Positions 29,741 to 32,000 of a stretch of DNA of 32,000 bases are shown piece after piece; positions within the stretch are counted from its first letter, which is position 1; every line of letters begins with the position of its first letter. The DNA is from Candidatus Hadarchaeota archaeon (GTDB lineage: Archaea > Hadarchaeota > Hadarchaeia > Hadarchaeales > Hadarchaeaceae): the NCBI GenBank assembly GCA_964514965.1, contig CAZETV010000001.1, positions 1 to 32,000 of the forward strand, read 5' to 3'. Below the pieces are notes generated by a model. That model ran no database searches. It saw only the letters and a program-made list of their open reading frames with translations, and was not told where the DNA came from. A program made the position numbers and the translations under genes.

Positions 29741-31011
29741 GTTTTCACCCCCAGCAAGTAGGTTGGGCGAGCTTCGATTATTTTCACATTGGCAAATTCA
29801 CCGAGCTCGGCGTTGTTTATTATGGCGGGTTTGTAGTTTGGGAGTCTTGTCGTGTAGCCTCCTTTTTTCCCCGGTTCAGTTACTAGTCCCTCGAAGGTTT
29901 GCCCGATGTAGCGTTCGTTCTGCTCGTGGCCAATTGCACGACATTCGGCGCTCAGTAACCTCGACCTCCTAACCATCTCTCTCCCGTTTATTTGCGGCAT
30001 TCGTGCAGCATCGGTAGCGGGCATGGGTGAGAAGCGCGTGAGGTTCACCTTGTCCGGTCTCGCTTTCTTGATTAACTCGCATGTGTGCATGAACTCTCGT
30101 TCGTTCTCGCCGGGAAAACCAACGATAACATCGGTGGCGAGATAGAGGTCTCCGAAGCGCTCCCGAAAAGCGTCCACAATTTTGATAAAATCATCGACGG
30201 TGTACCCCCTGCGCATCGATTCTAGCACACCATCGTCTCCACTCTGAACGGGCAAATGCAAGAATTTGTAAATTTTTTCGTTATCGTAGGCATCAAGGAG
30301 TTCGGGTAAAATCGGTTTCACGTTTTGCGGGTTCATCATCCCGATGCGGATTTTAAACTTGCCCTCGAGCGATGTGATCGAATTGAGCAATTCGGGTAGG
30401 TTTGCTCCAACGTCTAAGCCGTAGGCAGCTGTGTCTTGGGCTGTGAGTAAGATTTCGCGGTAGCCAACATTAATTGCAGCCTCCACCTCACTGAGAATCG
30501 GTTGAGAATAGAAGCTGCGCAGTTTGCCCCGCGCGAATTTAACCGAACAGTAACTGCAATTCGAAGTGCAGCCTTCGCAGATTGCTACTATCGCGCTCAC
30601 CTTGCTCGAGCGAAGCTTGGGCATGGTCGGCTTTTCGCAGGGGGCTTGTTCGAGTGTTTTAATATTTTGTTTTTCGCACGCTATTCGTTCGAAGACTTCG
30701 GCCATCTCGCCAATGGACCTGCATGAAACTACGCCAGCAAAACCTCCAATCTTTTCAATCGAGGCCAAGTCAATGAGAGGTAGGCAGCCGGCCACAACTA
30801 CACGCTTTCCGTTCGAGTTCTGGAGTTCCCTCAAGCGGCGCAGCATTCTTCGATAAGTTGTCCCCTTCACGGCGCATGTGTTGACAATTATTGCGTCAGC
30901 TTTAGCTGGATTTTGGACCATTTCGTGCCCAGCGACAGCGAGTTGCCCCAAAATGAGTTCTGCGTCGCTCCGGTTCATCGTGCAACCGTAGGTTTCACAG
31001 TACACACGCAT
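29737..31011 (-). CDS. archaeal/eukaryal-type tRNA t6A methylthiotransferase (radical SAM, CDKAL1-like)
   Basis: [48 protein letters not shown]-terminal TRAM-like region. Confidence 0.92.
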   Translation of the reverse strand: MRVYCETYGCTMNRSDAELILGQLAVAGHEMVQNPAKADAIIVNTCAVKGTTYRRMLRRLRELQNSNGKRVVVAGCLPLIDLASIEKIGGFAGVVSCRSIGEMAEVFERIACEKQNIKTLEQAPCEKPTMPKLRSSKVSAIVAICEGCTSNCSYCSVKFARGKLRSFYSQPILSEVEAAINVGYREILLTAQDTAAYGLDVGANLPELLNSITSLEGKFKIRIGMMNPQNVKPILPELLDAYDNEKIYKFLHLPVQSGDDGVLESMRRGYTVDDFIKIVDAFRERFGDLYLATDVIVGFPGENEREFMHTCELIKKARPDKVNLTRFSPMPATDAARMPQINGREMVRRSRLLSAECRAIGHEQNERYIGQTFEGLVTEPGKKGGYTTRLPNYKPAIINNAELGEFANVKIIEARPTYLLGVKT

Positions 31012-31060
31012 AACATCAACTTTTATTTACACTTTCTTGCAATAAAATCAGAGGGTATTC

Positions 31061-31819
31061 ATGAAAAAAATCCAGCTGACGCTAGTGCAAATTGACAATT
31101 ACGGCCCGTGGACCGTTACGCCAGAGCCCCACGGAGAGGCAGAGTTGCAAACGTTACAGGCCGAGCTATTTGCGGAGCTTGAACGGCAGTTTGCTTCTCA
31201 TAAGGGTCTAGCGTTCCAGACGAGGCTCGATAACATGATAGCGATTACGAATGGAATTTCACTCGATGAACATCGCGCCATCCAAAAAGTTGTGAACGAA
31301 AAATTTCCGGTGACGGTGAGCATGAGCGTGGGTACAGCCCCCACGCCCTACGAGGCGCAGGTTCAGGCGACCATTGCCCTACAGCACGTTGGCAGCAGCA
31401 GGTCGGCAGAGCGAAGTGGAGCGCTTGTTGGCGTTTGTGTGGATTCACCCGATGAAGATTGGGTGCAACTTGCCCACATGGATGTAAACCATTCAGCGCT
31501 GTTCACAGACAGCAAGCCTATATACGATACTCACCTCTTTCTCCAAAGAACTTGCGTTTCGCTCATGTCGGCGCTGGTACATAGAAATGCATTAGTGTTT
31601 TACACAGGGGGTGATAATTTCATGGTTCCATCAAATGGCCTAAATTTAAGTGAGCTGACTTCTGTTTTCTCTGAGGTCAAGCGTGAGGTTGGAGTAGATC
31701 TCAAGGCAGGTGTAGGCGCTGCTCGAACAGCTGAACTAGCGGCGCGCTTGGCCAGCGAGGGGCTTCATGAGATCAGGAAGGGCGTGGTGAAGGAACAAAT
31801 CATTTACAAAACTGGATAA
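31061..31819 (+). CDS. arfA: GTP cyclohydrolase III
   Basis: LTLVQIDNYGPWTVTPEPHGEAELQTLQAELFAELERQF..., MSVGTAPTPYEAQ, TGGDNFMVPSNG. Confidence 0.92.
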   Translation: MKKIQLTLVQIDNYGPWTVTPEPHGEAELQTLQAELFAELERQFASHKGLAFQTRLDNMIAITNGISLDEHRAIQKVVNEKFPVTVSMSVGTAPTPYEAQVQATIALQHVGSSRSAERSGALVGVCVDSPDEDWVQLAHMDVNHSALFTDSKPIYDTHLFLQRTCVSLMSALVHRNALVFYTGGDNFMVPSNGLNLSELTSVFSEVKREVGVDLKAGVGAARTAELAARLASEGLHEIRKGVVKEQIIYKTG

Positions 31820-31918
31820 TTTTTTCCCACACAACCAGGCCTCATCACAAAAAGTGCGTAAATAACTGACTCAAGCTCTAATTTTCTCACATTGCCAGTC
31901 GAGAAAAGAAAGCGCCGC

Positions 31919-32000
31919 CTATAAGTTCTTCGCCACGATCTTTAAGTTTTTATACGCTTCCATGAACTCAAGTCCCTTTTTCGTGATTTTAAATTCTCCC
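31919..32000 (-). CDS. partial C-terminus of a winged-helix-type protein
   Basis: Direct reading: GEFKITKKGLEFMEAYKNLKIVAKNL*; ITxKGLEFxExYxxL is typical of archaeal wHTH C-termini; truncated by the window edge. Confidence 0.55.
   Translation of the reverse strand, partial: GEFKITKKGLEFMEAYKNLKIVAKNL

Overview
This is a 32 kb archaeal chromosomal window from an uncultivated-type lineage; I cannot place it below domain level from sequence alone. It is mostly housekeeping and information-processing genes: MinD-like ATPase, Trm1, FtsJ/RlmE, DUF123, TFB, Gar1, DUF211, S8e, ScpB-ScpA-SMC, cis-prenyltransferase, MTA phosphorylase, a TFS/RPB9-like zinc ribbon, a thiamine-binding protein, a TrkA-N/DHH fusion, a Taw2/Trm5-like methyltransferase, MFS, an AroA-like protein, a ThiI-like protein, TBP, gamma-CA, PRC-barrel, 16S rRNA, tRNA-Ala, an Lrp-like protein, 23S rRNA, ferredoxin, S17e, ThiDN, a MiaB/CDKAL1-like protein and GTP cyclohydrolase III. 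No CRISPR array, transposon or classical defence island was seen. The most notable observations are: (1) a 761-aa SMC with both ATPase half-heads but no recognisable hinge, no CxxC hook and short arms, encoded next to scpA/scpB; (2) an overlapping gene pair, AroA-like and ThiI-like, in which nearly all family catalytic motifs are degenerate, next to tbp; (3) a broken-up rRNA locus in which 16S and 23S have their own processing stems and are separated by about 2.2 kb containing an antisense secreted-protein gene, a tRNA-Ala(UGC) with a minimal 15-nt bulge-helix-bulge intron, and an Lrp-like gene. A ferredoxin missing from the ORF track and a frameshifted membrane-anchored protein were also found by direct reading.
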